A stretch of DNA of 63,852 nucleotides, filler included, from Octopus bimaculoides (GCF_001194135.2; 5 parts of 5 records of this genome joined end to end with filler, not necessarily neighbours in it); one strand, 5' to 3'. Counted from the first letter of the whole stretch, positions 51,893 through 63,852 are shown. Made by a program: numbers and translations. The notes: generated by a model not told the origin, from the letters alone.

Positions 51893-53559
51893 TTCTCCTA
51901 TATATGTGTGTGTGTATGTATTTACGAAACCATACTAACCAGTAACTCCGCTCTACGATAAAGCAACAGGCAATGAAAATCAATTTGTACAAAATAGTTT
52001 TAGTTCACCATCCTCTCCTTTTAAACTCCCTGAGATTAACTTTAAAACTATACCGAAAATGCTTAAAATTCATTGAATTTTGTCCAGTCTGATAATACGC
52101 AGCATTCTGATTACTACCATCAAATAGAAGCTTTTGATGATTTTATTTTCTTTCTTCGTAAATCTGCAAGAGAACATTCAAATCAATTTTGAGTTTATTA
52201 CAATAATTTTGAAGTCATTTCCACCAATATGAAATTGTAAAAACTTCGATTTGCATACATTTCTAGGAATGTTACAACTTGATATCGTTCACCCTCTTAT
52301 GGGTAAAAATGCTATTTCGATCTCTGTCCCAAGTGCAATCAGTTATTAATTCAAGAGTTTAGCCGATGTGACTAAAATTAAATATTATCTACTGAAGCTT
52401 AAATTATATTTTTAAAAATGTAAATCTTTTATCAATTTCCGCAAAAAATCTATTAAAATATAACTCTTAGAACTGACTGTGTGTATTAAAAAAAAATGAA
52501 CCTGACAATTTTCCAGTAGACAATATCATATTCAAAAATTCTTTTGGCATGGATTCTTTTTTTTTTTTTTTTTCAAAAGAATCATTCTAGAAATTCGATA
52601 CCGTATTTCTGTCTTTTAATTTCGTTATTTCTTAAAACACAGATCCGTCGAGACTTCATGCCATACTAAACCCCTCCCCAACTAAAAACAAAATACAAAT
52701 ACAACAAAAGAAATCCCCTAAACCTGACCTCTCATATAAAACATATTCAATATTATCTTACACTCTCCCTATAAATCATTCTTCCATGTACAATTCTATA
52801 CAATGTCTTTAGTTCTGTCATTCCTGGCATGTCAAATCTTTTCAATACGAAACTAAAAAAACATTCTCCTCTAAAAAAGTAAAAGAAATGAAATAAAAAT
52901 AGATTTCCAAACCACCATTACCAACCCAAACTTTCTAGAACAGCATCGAAATTCAACTTGAGAATCCAATTCCAGAATCAAGCCATGAATCCACCCAGTT
53001 AACGAAGTTACCGAGTTACATTTATTTATACTTATTTATTTATCTGCTGTTGCTACTCCTCCTCCACTACTACCACCCTCATCATCATCGTCGTCGTCGT
53101 TTCGTTTTAGTTGTCACATAATCAGCATCATTATCATTTCCTGGCATCTGGCATCTAGACAACTGTTCGGCAATCTGTGCGTTGGGAATGTAGCTAGAGA
53201 TGCATCCATCTTTGCATTGTAAAGGGAGTTAATGATAGGTTACAGTGACGACAATGTCGAGGAGATTTTTGGCATTGATAAATATCAACTAAACCTACAG
53301 AGGACTGCATACATCCTGACGAAGTCCATAATGAGGCTACTGAAGGGGAGGCATTGCTAGTTTAGAATAGATTATTCAATTACGGGTTGCCAGAAAACAT
53401 TACTGATTCAGAATGAATTTTAGAAACTGGGTCTCTTATGTCTAGGTTTGGCTTTGATTCAAGCCTTTTGCAAAAATCGTGTTACCGCCTGTAAGGAGAG
53501 GCAGATTTCCTCTGACAAAACAGAGGAGAACCATCTGTCCTTATTAGAATAAACAGCAT

Positions 53560-54880
53560 GATCGATAAGATTGTAAAATCTGAGGGTAGACACTTTTCTC
53601 CTCGGACCGAGCCCCGTCACTTTCCTTTAGTTTCGTTTGATGAGAATCGTGAAAGTGGAATCAGAGCTGCTGTTCACACAAACTTGTTGACAGGTAGACA
53701 AGTTATTAGTTTCAACGAAATAAAGTCTCGCATAGTTTTACTGTTCCACTTACAGATTGTATTTGTAATGTGCGAATCGGTTGATTTCTTTTTCTGAAAA
53801 TCCAAACTTATCCAGACTGACAAGCATTTACTTTACAAGACCAATTGCTCCAATTATTATCGGAATAAATGTAATTTTGTAATATGGATATAGAAGCTGG
53901 AGGTTTCGAAGCTGTTGTCCATAGTTATTTTCTTTCTCGTTGATTTCCAAAGAGATATTCACACCAGCAGGACACTTGACCTCTATTATAGTACATACTT
54001 TTCCTTGTCTGTCGCAAGCAACAATATCAGGCCTCTTATGTTTACACGTGATGGGATGTTCAAGAAGTATTCCTTGCGCTGTTCAGTAATAGAGGGATTC
54101 ACTACATTTATTCCAGGATAGTCTATTTTCCGAATGGTGTTGTGTATTGTTTTAGCGACAACTTCGTGTCGCATTGAGAGGTAGTAGCTTTATGACATTT
54201 TGGGGCAGCTGCTAATCACGTGTGTGATGGCTTCTCCAGAAATATGACATAAGCTAGATTTTCGGTTGCATCTTGCGCTTCACTGTCTCTTTTGTTGGTT
54301 AGGTATTTAGTAGCAACCTACTATTCTTGTATTGCAAATACATAGCTTTCGAAATATGATGTAGCGGTCACAAGTCCAGGAGAGGTTTCGCTTCGGGAAA
54401 CATACACATGCATAGTCTTTTTTGTTTTCGGTATGGTAAGCGTTTCACCTCCAGGTCTTTGAGGTATGCTTGTCCGACTGACTTGGAGTTCTATGGAAAG
54501 TCATCAAAATGAGAATGTTTCCTGAAGAGCATACTTCCAAAACGTGGGATATTTTCTTCACTTTTCGGCACTAAGTTAATGTATTTACTTTTGCTGCTGT
54601 TGTTTAGCAAACGCTGTCTTACAGAGACTATACTAGATTCAAAGGCTGTCTGCACTGATCTCAAGTCACCACCTCTTCTTTACTAGGGCCTGTCGATATC
54701 AAACATTTTGTGGACATTTCCGGTTGATGTTAGATTCTTGTTAGTTTTAATGTCTATGGAATGGTTTTCTTCTACAGACCAATCAAGTATCCCAAATGTT
54801 GGGGTCAACACTGGTACTGCAAATGCATAATGGGATACTGTCTTGTAAGAGGAGGGTTCGGACTGCCATATTTCTCTTAG
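53560..54880 (-). mobile_element. R4/Dong-like non-LTR retrotransposon, 5'-truncated and frameshifted (RT thumb, zinc knuckle, RLE)
   Basis: Fragments LREIWQSEPSSYK...FAVPVLTPTFGILDWSVEENHSIDIKTNKNL...DIDR; FESYVFAIQE; EAITHVISSCPKMS*SYYLSMRHEVVAKTIH; CKHKRPDIVACDRQGKVCTIIEVKCPAGVNI...EKENNY...IPIIIGAIGLVK; LQIQSVSGTVKLC. The RPD...IIEVK segment is the PD-(D/E)xK nuclease core. Confidence 0.85.
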
Positions 54881-56052
54881 TCTGTGCATGTCTGTGCTCG
54901 TATATGTATGTACGCACAAGGTATATATGCATATATATGTGCGTGTACGCATGTGTTATGTATCTATGTTCATATTTATATTAACTGGAAGCCCCACCAT
55001 CTTCAGGATTGGGTGGGAAGGTTAACCATAACTATGTCCAGAGTAGACACAATGTGCCTCACTTTATCTAGTTGTAGATTACAGCAAACAGCCATATCTC
55101 ACATAAATCACATCAACTGCTTTCTCAAAAGAAAGTCACGTTGAATAGTGTAGTTCTAAAGATGTCTGAAAAATAAATGAGAACAAATAGAACTTGTTAG
55201 CAAAATCTTGGAACGTTTTTGATCATAGTATGAGGGCTATCCTAAAGCTAAGGAACGAAATTGTAGCAGTCTATAATCATATTTCTTCAGATATTTTAAT
55301 TTTGTCTTAAACACAGACCTCGATAAATCTATTAATTATACCAACATATTGTCTTAGCTAATGAGTATATTTTCATTCAATATCGGTTTATTGATAGAGT
55401 CGTCACAGCGTCGAATGGGTTGCTTTGCAGTAGTCGTGTCAGATCTTTTCAACCTCGGTTCAGATACCACCGTTATCAACTTCGTTTTGTATCCTCTCGG
55501 GTTCAATAACTTAAGTGCATTCCTGAATAATTTCGTCTTTTTGACGAACTCTTTCTCTTAATTTTAGTTAGACCTGGAGAAGGATGAATTCCAACAGGTC
55601 TTAGAGTGCTTAAACGAAGCCGTATGTCATGATAACCATCCTATCCCTACGACTCCATCAATATGAAGACTGAAAAAGAAGTGGTGAGCAGATCATTGGA
55701 TTACTTTTAATGTCAAACTATTCCGTCATACATTTATGAGGCAAACCAACAAACATAAGACAGTAGATTAGATTCAGATGTCGAAATGACTCGTTGAACA
55801 ACAAATCTTCAATTTACGTAAAATAATATATCGTTTAACAGTGGTTATTTCACAGAAGCAAGTAACTAGTTGAGATGCAACAAGAATAGCTTATGAGTGT
55901 ATATGTATACATGTCTCTTTCTCCTCTTCTTCTTTTCCTTCCAGAACAAATCTACAAATCATAAAAACTCAGGTTTACACGTGTATGCAGGTATTCTGAA
56001 CCAATGTGTATGTGTTTATCTATACACACACAGTGATATACAGACATACAGG

Positions 56053-56093
<41 letters not shown>

Positions 56094-56497
56094 NNNNNNN
56101 NNNTATATATATATATATATATATATGTACATACATACGTACATACATACATATATATATATATATACACACAGATATATATATACACACACAGATATAT
56201 ACATACATATATGTGTGACCGACCGTGTGTGTATGTGTGTGTGTATAAAAGTCTATGAGGATTTCACGATGGTGATATTTCTAAAAAAGTTATTTTTAAA
56301 AAATGTCATGAAAATGAGGGTGTTACTAACCTTTGTTTGGGAAGAATCTTTTTCTAGTGTGTGAGCACTTTTATTAAACCTTTTCAATCACACATTCTCT
56401 CAAAGAGAAAGTTGTTAGCTTTATGGTAGTGGTAGTATTATTTCCGGTTTATTTCCGGACGTTTGGTCTTGGTTCTAATTATATATATATATATATC

Positions 56498-56882
56498 TGG
56501 AGTAAAGATGTTTGCCAACATAACATGGCAGTCCTGGTTTAGGACAAATGTTGCTGTAATTTAGCCCCAGAAGAATCGTCACCAGCTGGCTGTACGACAC
56601 GAATTGTGCCCTTATATTTTCGAACAAGGGAATCTAGCACCCCAACTCAGCTCAAAGCAATATCTGTGTATCGCAATTCCCGGGTTATTTCCCTTCATCC
56701 GGAAATCGCAATACACAGATATTGTTTTGAGCTGCGTAGGGGTGCTAGATTCCCTTCGAAAATATAAGGACACAGATCGTGTCATATAGCCAGCTGGAGA
56801 CGATGTCTCCTGGGGCTAAATTACAGCAACATTTGTCCTAAACCAGGACTGCCATGTTATGTAGGCAAAAATCTTTACTCCA
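56498..56882. mobile_element. ~385-bp foldback element (MITE-like), near-perfect hairpin
   Basis: Arms ~56498-56683 and ~56699-56882 are about 90% complementary by eye, including an uninterrupted ACATAACATGGCAGTCCTGGTTTAGGACAAATGTTGCTGTAATTTAGCCCCAG; ~15-nt loop. Confidence 0.9.
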
Positions 56883-56936
56883 AAGTACTGTTGTTGAATA
56901 TCTCTCGTTGTGAGATTTAAAAATATTAATTTTCTA

Positions 56937-57036
56937 NNNNNNNNNNNNNNNNNNNNNNNNNNNNNNNNNNNNNNNNNNNNTTAATTAATTAANNNNNNNN
57001 NNNNNNNNNNNNNNNNNNNNNNNNNNNNNNNNNNNN
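56937..57036. other. Artificial scaffold spacer N44-TTAATTAATTAA-N44
   Basis: Exactly 100 bp; linker at 56981-56992. Confidence 0.95.
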
Positions 57037-57243
57037 GTCCAGTCAGCTGTCAGAAATGTGTTGTACCTGTAATTCAAAGGGCCAGCCTTGTCACAATCTG
57101 TGTCATGTTGAATCACTCTGAGAACTGTGTTCATGGTACATGTGTCTGTGGAGTGCTCAGCCACTTGTTCATTAATTTCACAAGCAAGCTGTTCCAATGA
57201 TCAGATCAACTGGAATCCGCCTTGTTGTAACCAGCAGAGTGCG
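57037..57243 (+). mobile_element. SINE family D, 3' part, CpG-depleted
   Basis: GTACCTGTAATTCAAAGGGCCAGCCTTGTCAC...GAGTGCTCAGCCACTTG...TTAATTTCACAAGC. Confidence 0.85.
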
Positions 57244-58064
57244 AGAACATTTACAGATGAGTTGAACAACCCTGCTTATTGATGTCATTTCCGCTACTTT
57301 TATCATCACGTGGCTGGTGTCATTAAATCTCTGGCGTTCAGTAGCAGATAGTCCTTCATCCCACACCTGAATGATACCCCCAGTGTATTACATGATTATT
57401 ACCCAAGATATGAGAGATGTAAGTCGATGTTTCACCAATAAAAAACTTATCTGAAAACAGCTTGATTGATGATTATTGGGTGATGTTTGAATGATGAGTG
57501 ACTTCAAAATTAAGTATTTAAAGCTATATTGATCTATCGGAAATAAATAACTTTCACTAATATACTTTCTCTTTTTAAAGAAATAATATTGTGTTTGTTT
57601 CATTTATTTATTTTGTTCCTATATTAGTTAGACTGCTGATATATTTCAATATATTCATATATTTGACCATCTAGTTGAGATATTTCAACATATTCATAAA
57701 TTCACCGCCACCACCACTGTCCAGTCATTAAGATTAAATACCATTTAATGACTATTTTCTGAAATGATCAGATCAACAAAACTAATCTATTTTTGTAATG
57801 AGGTGACTCTAGATGAATATATATTTATACATTCTTGTGTATTTATGTATATATATATATTTGTATATACACATGTATATGTTTGTATATATGTATATGT
57901 AAGTATGTGTTTATATATGTATATGTAAAAGCATATATATATTGTGTGTAGTATGTATATTGTGTGTAGAATGAATATTTATGTGTATATGTGTGCATGT
58001 TTGTATATTTATGTATATGAGTGTATAATGGTACATATAAGCATATATACTTATGTGAGTTGTG

Positions 58065-58108
<44 letters not shown>

Positions 58109-58657
58109 TATATATACATAGGCATGTATAGGCATATATATATGTGTGTGTGTATGCACACACACACACACACACACATACATATATATAGAGAGAGAGA
58201 GTGAGAGAGAAAGATGTGCTTTGGTCAACAAATCTATTTAACTATCCCATAATATTTAAATAAGACTAGATGAGGTTACTAGATTAAATAAAAACTAATA
58301 ATATACCCAATACTATATATTTATATATAGTATATATATAAATATATATATTTATATATATATATTTAAATCTCTAAGGAGTATTCTTTAGATTGGGCAC
58401 ATCGTGAGACAAACAGACAGACAGTATATGTTTGACAGTATGATGGATTGAAGACTCAGCTATCAGTTGGCCAGAGAAGTCTTAAAATGTCTAATCTGTG
58501 AAAAAGCTTGTGTGCAACACTACAAGCAATGTATCTCTTTATTGTTGCTGGGCATCTTTGATTAAACAAAAGAGTGCAAATTAAACTGTATGAAAGGTCA
58601 GAGTTTCACCTTTTTAATGACTATATTTGTAATTAATAATCTATCTGGGTGTTTTAA

Positions 58658-59263
58658 TTAACCCTTTAACATTCAGATTACTCTGTCACATGTCAAGCAT
58701 ATTTATTCATCTTCATCATCATCATCATCATCATCGTTTAACATCCGCTTTCCAAGCTAGTATGGATTAGACGATTTGACTGAGGACTGGTGAAACCAGA
58801 TGGCTACACCAGACTCCAATCTGATCTGGCAGAGTTTCTACAGCTGGATGCCCTTCCTAAAGCCAACCACTCAGAGAGTGTAGTGGGTGCTTTTACGTGC
58901 CACTGGCACGAAGGCCAGTCAGGTGGTACTGGCAATGGCCACGCTCAAAATGGTGTATTTTACGTGCCACCCACACAAGAGCCAATCCAGGGGCACTGGC
59001 AACGATCTCGCTCGAAAGTCCTTACACATGCCACGGGCACAAGTGCCAGAAAGGCGGCGCTGGGTACAGGTGCCATCACGATTTCGCTTTTGTTTTGGAT
59101 TAATCATGCATTATATTATAGCTCTGAGATTTTGACGATGTGACTTTATTTTTAGAATTACTTAACAGGGCAGGTGTGAGAGGCTGGATCTGGTCAGTTT
59201 GAACATAAAGTCGGTAGAATATTTGGGCCCTGGATATGACCAGCTTGAATGTGAATGGAGTTA
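58658..59263. mobile_element. piggyBac-like MITE (TTAACCC start) interrupted by a family C insertion
   Basis: Left end TTAACCCTTTAACATTCA; right end TGAATGTGAATGGAGTTA is a degenerate reverse complement; family C lies between them. Confidence 0.55.
58708..59086 (-). mobile_element. Family C copy nested in the MITE
   Basis: (CAT)n-CGTTTAACATCCGCTTTCC...TACGTGCCACTGGCAC subrepeats. Confidence 0.88.
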
Positions 59264-59606
59264 TTAAAATAATGAAAACCAGGTGAGTTGCTATAGACAC
59301 CTGACTATTGAAAGGGTTGAATGCTATCGAAGGATATAACCCTTTTCTTACCATATTTTTGCTGAAGCACACTGCTTTTGTTGTGTCAACTACTTTTAAG
59401 CTTATGAAGAAACTAGGAAAATAATTTTCCCATTCTTTAGTTGGTGTTTAGAACACAAAGTAACATGAAATTTTGATAAAAGGTTTTAATGTTGCTCCCC
59501 TTAACCCTTCTGTTACCACATTTCTGTTGAAATATACTGTTTTTGTTTCAAATAATTCTGAAAAAATGAAGAATTTATTACAATTACAGAGTCATTATTA
59601 AGCTGG

Positions 59607-59822
59607 TAAAGGTGGTGTGCTGGCAGAATCGTTAGCATGCTGGTTGAAATGCTTAGCAGTATTTCATCTGCTGCTACATCCTGAGTTCAAAATCTGCTGA
59701 GGTCAACTTTACCTTTCATCCTTTCAGGGCCAATAAATTAAGTACCGGTGAAACACTGGGTTCAGTGTAATCGACTATTCCCCATCCTCTAAAATTTCAG
59801 GCCTTGTGCTTATAGTAGAAAA
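59607..59822 (+). mobile_element. SINE family A, full length, CpG-depleted
   Basis: Aligns with the 1301 and 35401 copies; flanked by CTGGTA at 59603-59608 and 59830-59835 (candidate target-site duplication). Confidence 0.88.
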
Positions 59823-59893
59823 AATGAAACTGGTATTTGGAAATTTGGAACATAGATTAACATGATACGTTGACAGAAGGTTTTAACCCTTTT

Positions 59894-60215
59894 GAAGGTC
59901 TGTGGCTTAGTGGTTCAGGGATTCAACTCACCATCATAAGGTTTTGAGTTCAATTCCTGGTGGCATGTTGTGCCCTTGAGCAAGACACTTTATTTTACAT
60001 TGCTCCATTCCAATCAGCTGGCAAAAATGAGTTGTACCTGCAATTCAAAGGAGCCAGCCTTGTTACATTGTGTCACACTGAATCTGCCTGAGGACAACAT
60101 TAAGGACAGGTGTGTCTGTGAAGTACTCAGTCACTTGCACATTAATTTCACAAGTAGGCTATTCTCTTGATCAGATCAATTGGAACATTCGTTGTTGTAA
60201 ACAACAGGGTGCCAG
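59894..60215 (+). mobile_element. SINE family D, full length, CpG-depleted
   Basis: Aligns with the 42277 copy; flanked by TTAACCCTTTT (59883-59893) and TTAACCTTTT (60216-60225). Confidence 0.88.
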
Positions 60216-60904
60216 TTAACCTTTTACTTAGAATATTTCTGTTAAAAAACGTTCCTTTTGCTTCAATTAATTTTGAAATTAATTAAGAATTTAGTAAAAT
60301 AACTTCGTCATTACTAAGCTGGTGTTTGGAAAATAAGTTAACGTGAAATTTTGATGGACAGTTTTAATTTAAATCACCTTTAAAAATAAGGTTTGTACCT
60401 TAGAACCAGTGGATGTCTCAGGCAGGTTGGTATCAAAAATGCTAAGGGACAAATAATTTGCATAAAAATTTCTGACATGCACCTCTACAATATAAACCTG
60501 GGCTGAGCCAGTGGTAAGTTTTAACATTCTGAGAAAATGTGCAGTCGAGGAACACTGTTTCCAGTGTTTTCTCAAAGGAAAAAAAATAAAATACTTTTTC
60601 ACTGACATACAAAGAATTTTCTAAGTTTATTTTGAGTAGAAAATATCAGAAGAGTGATTTGGTTTCATATCAGTGGAATGTAACGGGATATTTCCAGTGT
60701 CCAGACAATAGTTGTGAATTTGTAACAACATCCATCATTTTAACAGTCACATATATCATAAACAATAGAGCTGCCAATACTATTGTGACCACCACCACTT
60801 TGGCAGTCACCCACCACCATTGTCTGTTTCTCCATGCTAGAAAGAACTGGAGAAGTATTCACTGCAGTACACACACACACACACAAACACATACACGCAT
60901 GTAA

Positions 60905-60949
60905 ATGCATGTATGTATGTGTGTATATATATACATATATATACACGTG

Positions 60950-61029
<80 letters not shown>

Positions 61030-61096
61030 TGTACATATATACATACATATACGTACATATATACATACATATATACATATATACATACATATATAC

Positions 61097-61143
<47 letters not shown>

Positions 61144-61275
61144 CATATATATATATACATACATACATATATATGTACATATATCTCTATATATACATAT
61201 ATATATATGTACATATATCTATATATATACATATATCTATATATATACATATATCTATATATATACATATATATA
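60905..61275. repeat. Long (TA/CATA)n tract
   Basis: Direct reading. Confidence 0.95.
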
Positions 61276-61375
61276 NNNNNNNNNNNNNNNNNNNNNNNNN
61301 NNNNNNNNNNNNNNNNNNNTTAATTAATTAANNNNNNNNNNNNNNNNNNNNNNNNNNNNNNNNNNNNNNNNNNNN
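61276..61375. other. Artificial scaffold spacer N44-TTAATTAATTAA-N44
   Basis: Exactly 100 bp; linker at 61320-61331. Confidence 0.95.
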
Positions 61376-61452
61376 TGCCACATAGTGGGACTAAACCTGG
61401 AATCATGTGGTTGGTAAGCAAACTACTTACCACACACCCACTCCTGCACCTA
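61376..61452 (+). mobile_element. SINE family B 3' end
   Basis: TGCCACATAGTGGGACTAAACCTGGAATCATGTGGTTGGTAAGC...CCACTCCTGCACCT. Confidence 0.8.
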
Positions 61453-62419
61453 TACATACATACATACATACATATATATATATATATGTTTGTGTGTGTG
61501 TNNNNNNNNNNNNNNNNNNNNNNNNNNNNNNNNNNNNNNNNNNNNNNNNNNNNNNNNNNNNNNNNNNNNNNNNNNNNNNNNNNNNNNNNNNNNNNNNNNN
61601 NNNNNNNNNNNNNNNNNNNNNNNNNNNNNNNNNNNNNNNNNNNNNNNNNNNNNNNNNNNNNNNNNNNNNNNNNNNNNNNNNNNNNNNNNNNNNNNNNNNN
61701 NNNNNNNNNNNNNNNNNNNNNNNNNNNNNNNNNNNNNNNNNNNNNNNNNNNNNNNNNNNNNNNNNNNNNNNNNNNNNNNNNNNNNNNNNNNNNNNNNGTA
61801 TGTGTATATATACAAGCTCAAATGCATGTGTGTGTATGTGTGCCACCGTATATGGTTGACTAGGATTTCAATCTTTACCTGTTGAAATATATTCAACCAG
61901 TGATCAATATACAAAATTTGTAGATATTTATACAAGAAGATTTGTCAATACAAGCAAGGTAAATAGATGAGAAAATATTAGTAAATTCATTTCAGGTTTG
62001 GGTTTCAGATAATTGGGATTGAATTAATTTTTAGTCCATCGAATTGAAAATATCTTTAAATATGGTAGAGGCAATAAAACGAAATAAAATATTTTATTGA
62101 AATTGCTTTCAATAATTTATGTTTTTTTTTTCTCCTTTTGTTACTTTTTATTTGCTTTTTCTGACTTCACTCACAAATAANNNNNNNNNNNNNNNNNNNN
62201 NNNNNNNNNNNNNNNNNNNNNNNNNNNNNNNNNNNNNNNNNNNNNNNNNNNNNNNNNNNNNNNNNNNNNNNNNNNNNNNNNNNNNNNNNNNNNNNNNNNN
62301 NNNNNNNNTCTGGTTGAAGAAAGTAGCAGAGGGTGAAAACTGTGTCTTATCTACACTGTTATGTATAAAGTATTTCACTCTGAAATCAGTATGGCAGTCT
62401 TTCAGTTGTAAATTCTTTT

Positions 62420-62826
62420 ATTCTTTTACATGTTTCAGTTATTTGACTGTGGCCATGCTGGAGCACCATCTTAAAGGGTTTTAGTTGAACAAATAGACCC
62501 CAGGACTTATTCTTTGTAAGCCTAGTACNNNNNNNNNNNNNNNNNNNNNNNNNNNNNNNNNNNNNNNNNNNNNNNNNNNNNNNNNNNNNNNNNNNNNNNN
62601 NNNNNNNNNNNNNNNNNNNNNNNNNNNNNNNNNNNNNNNNNNNNNNNNNNNNNNNNNNNNNNNNNNNNNNNNNNNNNNNNNNNNNNNNNNNNNNNNNNNN
62701 NNNNNNNNNNNNNGCTTTGGTTGGCTTGAGGCTATAGTAGAAGATACTTGCCCAAGGTGCCACACAGTGGAACTAAACCCAGAACCATGTGATTGGGAAG
62801 CAAGCTTCTCATCACACAGCCACACC
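62420..62826 (+). mobile_element. SINE family B, CpG-depleted, middle in gap
   Basis: TGTTTCAGTTATTTGACTGTGGCCATGCTGGAGCACC...CCCAAGGTGCCACACAGTGG...CACACAGCCAC. Confidence 0.85.
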
Positions 62827-63852
62827 AGTATATATATATTAACAATGATAAGGAGAGTGGAAGTTTTTCACATCCATAATTTTATTTAACAGTTATTTAC
62901 AGCATCTTTTCAGGACCTACACTTGTTTTGACTACAGAGACTGCACACTATTGAATATGCAACCTAGCATCATGGCTGGTGCAGTTTCATTAGGGTGGCC
63001 ACTTTTGTTATTTTGAAGTAAAACTGAAGGAATCAACAAATTGAGTGAATAATGTGTTTAGTGTGAGGCAGGGGTGCTGCTATTAATAGGAATCTTGACC
63101 TAGTGTTATATATAATATGTGCTTGTGTCTATNNNNNNNNNNNNNNNNNNNNNNNNNNNNNNNNNNNNNNNNNNNNNNNNNNNNNNNNNNNNNNNNNNNN
63201 NNNNNNNNNNNNNNNNNNNNNNNNNNNNNNNNNNNNNNNNNNNNNNNNNNNNNNNNNNNNNNNNNNNNNNNNNNNNNNNNNNNNNNNNNNNNNNNNNNNN
63301 NNNNNNNNNNNNNNNNNNNNNNNNNNNNNNNNNNNNNNNNNNNNNNNNNNNNNNNNNNNNNNNNNNNNNNNNNNNNNNNNNNNNNNNNNNNNNNNNNNNN
63401 NNNNNNNNNNNNNNNNNNNNNNNNNNNNNNNNNNNNNNNNNNNNNNNNNNNNNNNNNNNNNNNNNNNNNNNNNNNNNNNNNNNNNNNNNNNNNNNNNNNN
63501 NNNNNNNNNNNNNNNNNNNNNNNNNNNNNNNNNNNNNNNNNNNNNNNNNNNNNNNNNNNNNNNNNNNNNNNNNNNNNNNNNNNNNNNNNNNNTTAGGGAA
63601 GAATGAAGGAAGAACAATAAAGGAAAGAAGAGTGGAGGAGAAAAGGAAATATAAGATTAACCATTAGTGCTAAAATGTTTGTTGGAGTTTTAAATTTCTT
63701 AGATAATAAAGGGTCTATATATAGAAAGAAGAAGAAAAGAGAGTTTTTTGTTTGTTTTGGTTTGTAATAAAGAAGAGCTATTTTGAAAGATGCCATTAAC
63801 CTTGTCAAATTGACTAAAAGTTGCTGGGATTTGAATCAAGGAAGATAAAACA

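Larger units (their letters stand above)
59337..60370. repeat. Three tandem ~155-bp units beginning (T)AACC(C)TT, with two SINE insertions
   Basis: Units at 59337, 59501 and 60216 share ...ATATTT.TG.T.AA...TGGT.TTT.GAA...TAAC.TGA...TTGA...GTTTTAA. Confidence 0.65.

Noticed and set aside
55000-55780. Upstream continuation of the R4-like element (LSFEKAVDV resembling an RT motif)
   Set aside because: Only one loose motif is present and it is separated from the element by a microsatellite; other RT motifs are not recoverable by eye.
60404-60513. Plus-strand exon (TAG| ... GTG|GTAAGT)
   Set aside because: The acceptor is weak, all three frames contain stops, and it overlaps the end of a repeat unit.

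Overview
This is eukaryotic, AT-rich, largely non-coding DNA that looks like an Octopus (cephalopod) scaffold. That assignment rests on my recognition of the SINE families and the very high microsatellite load, not on a database search. I could not identify any complete protein-coding gene. The best gene evidence is one minus-strand exon at 903-1100 with an acceptor, an ATG, a signal-peptide-like N-terminus and a donor; the rest of that gene would lie off the left edge. The remainder is mostly repeats. There are four recurring SINE-like families (labelled A-D here), three decayed remnants of restriction-like-endonuclease (RLE) non-LTR retrotransposons (two R4/Dong-like, one HERO-like), foldback/MITE elements, Penelope-like ends with degenerate hammerhead-ribozyme-like motifs, and many simple repeats. 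Four identical N44-TTAATTAATTAA-N44 spacers are artificial scaffold joins, so adjacency across them is unproven. The clearest window-scale signal is CpG decay: the same SINE families keep their CpGs left of ~57 kb and have lost nearly all of them to the right, suggesting a historically methylated block. I found no evidence for a novel multi-gene system. Almost all ORFs in the supplied track are microsatellite or N-gap artefacts.
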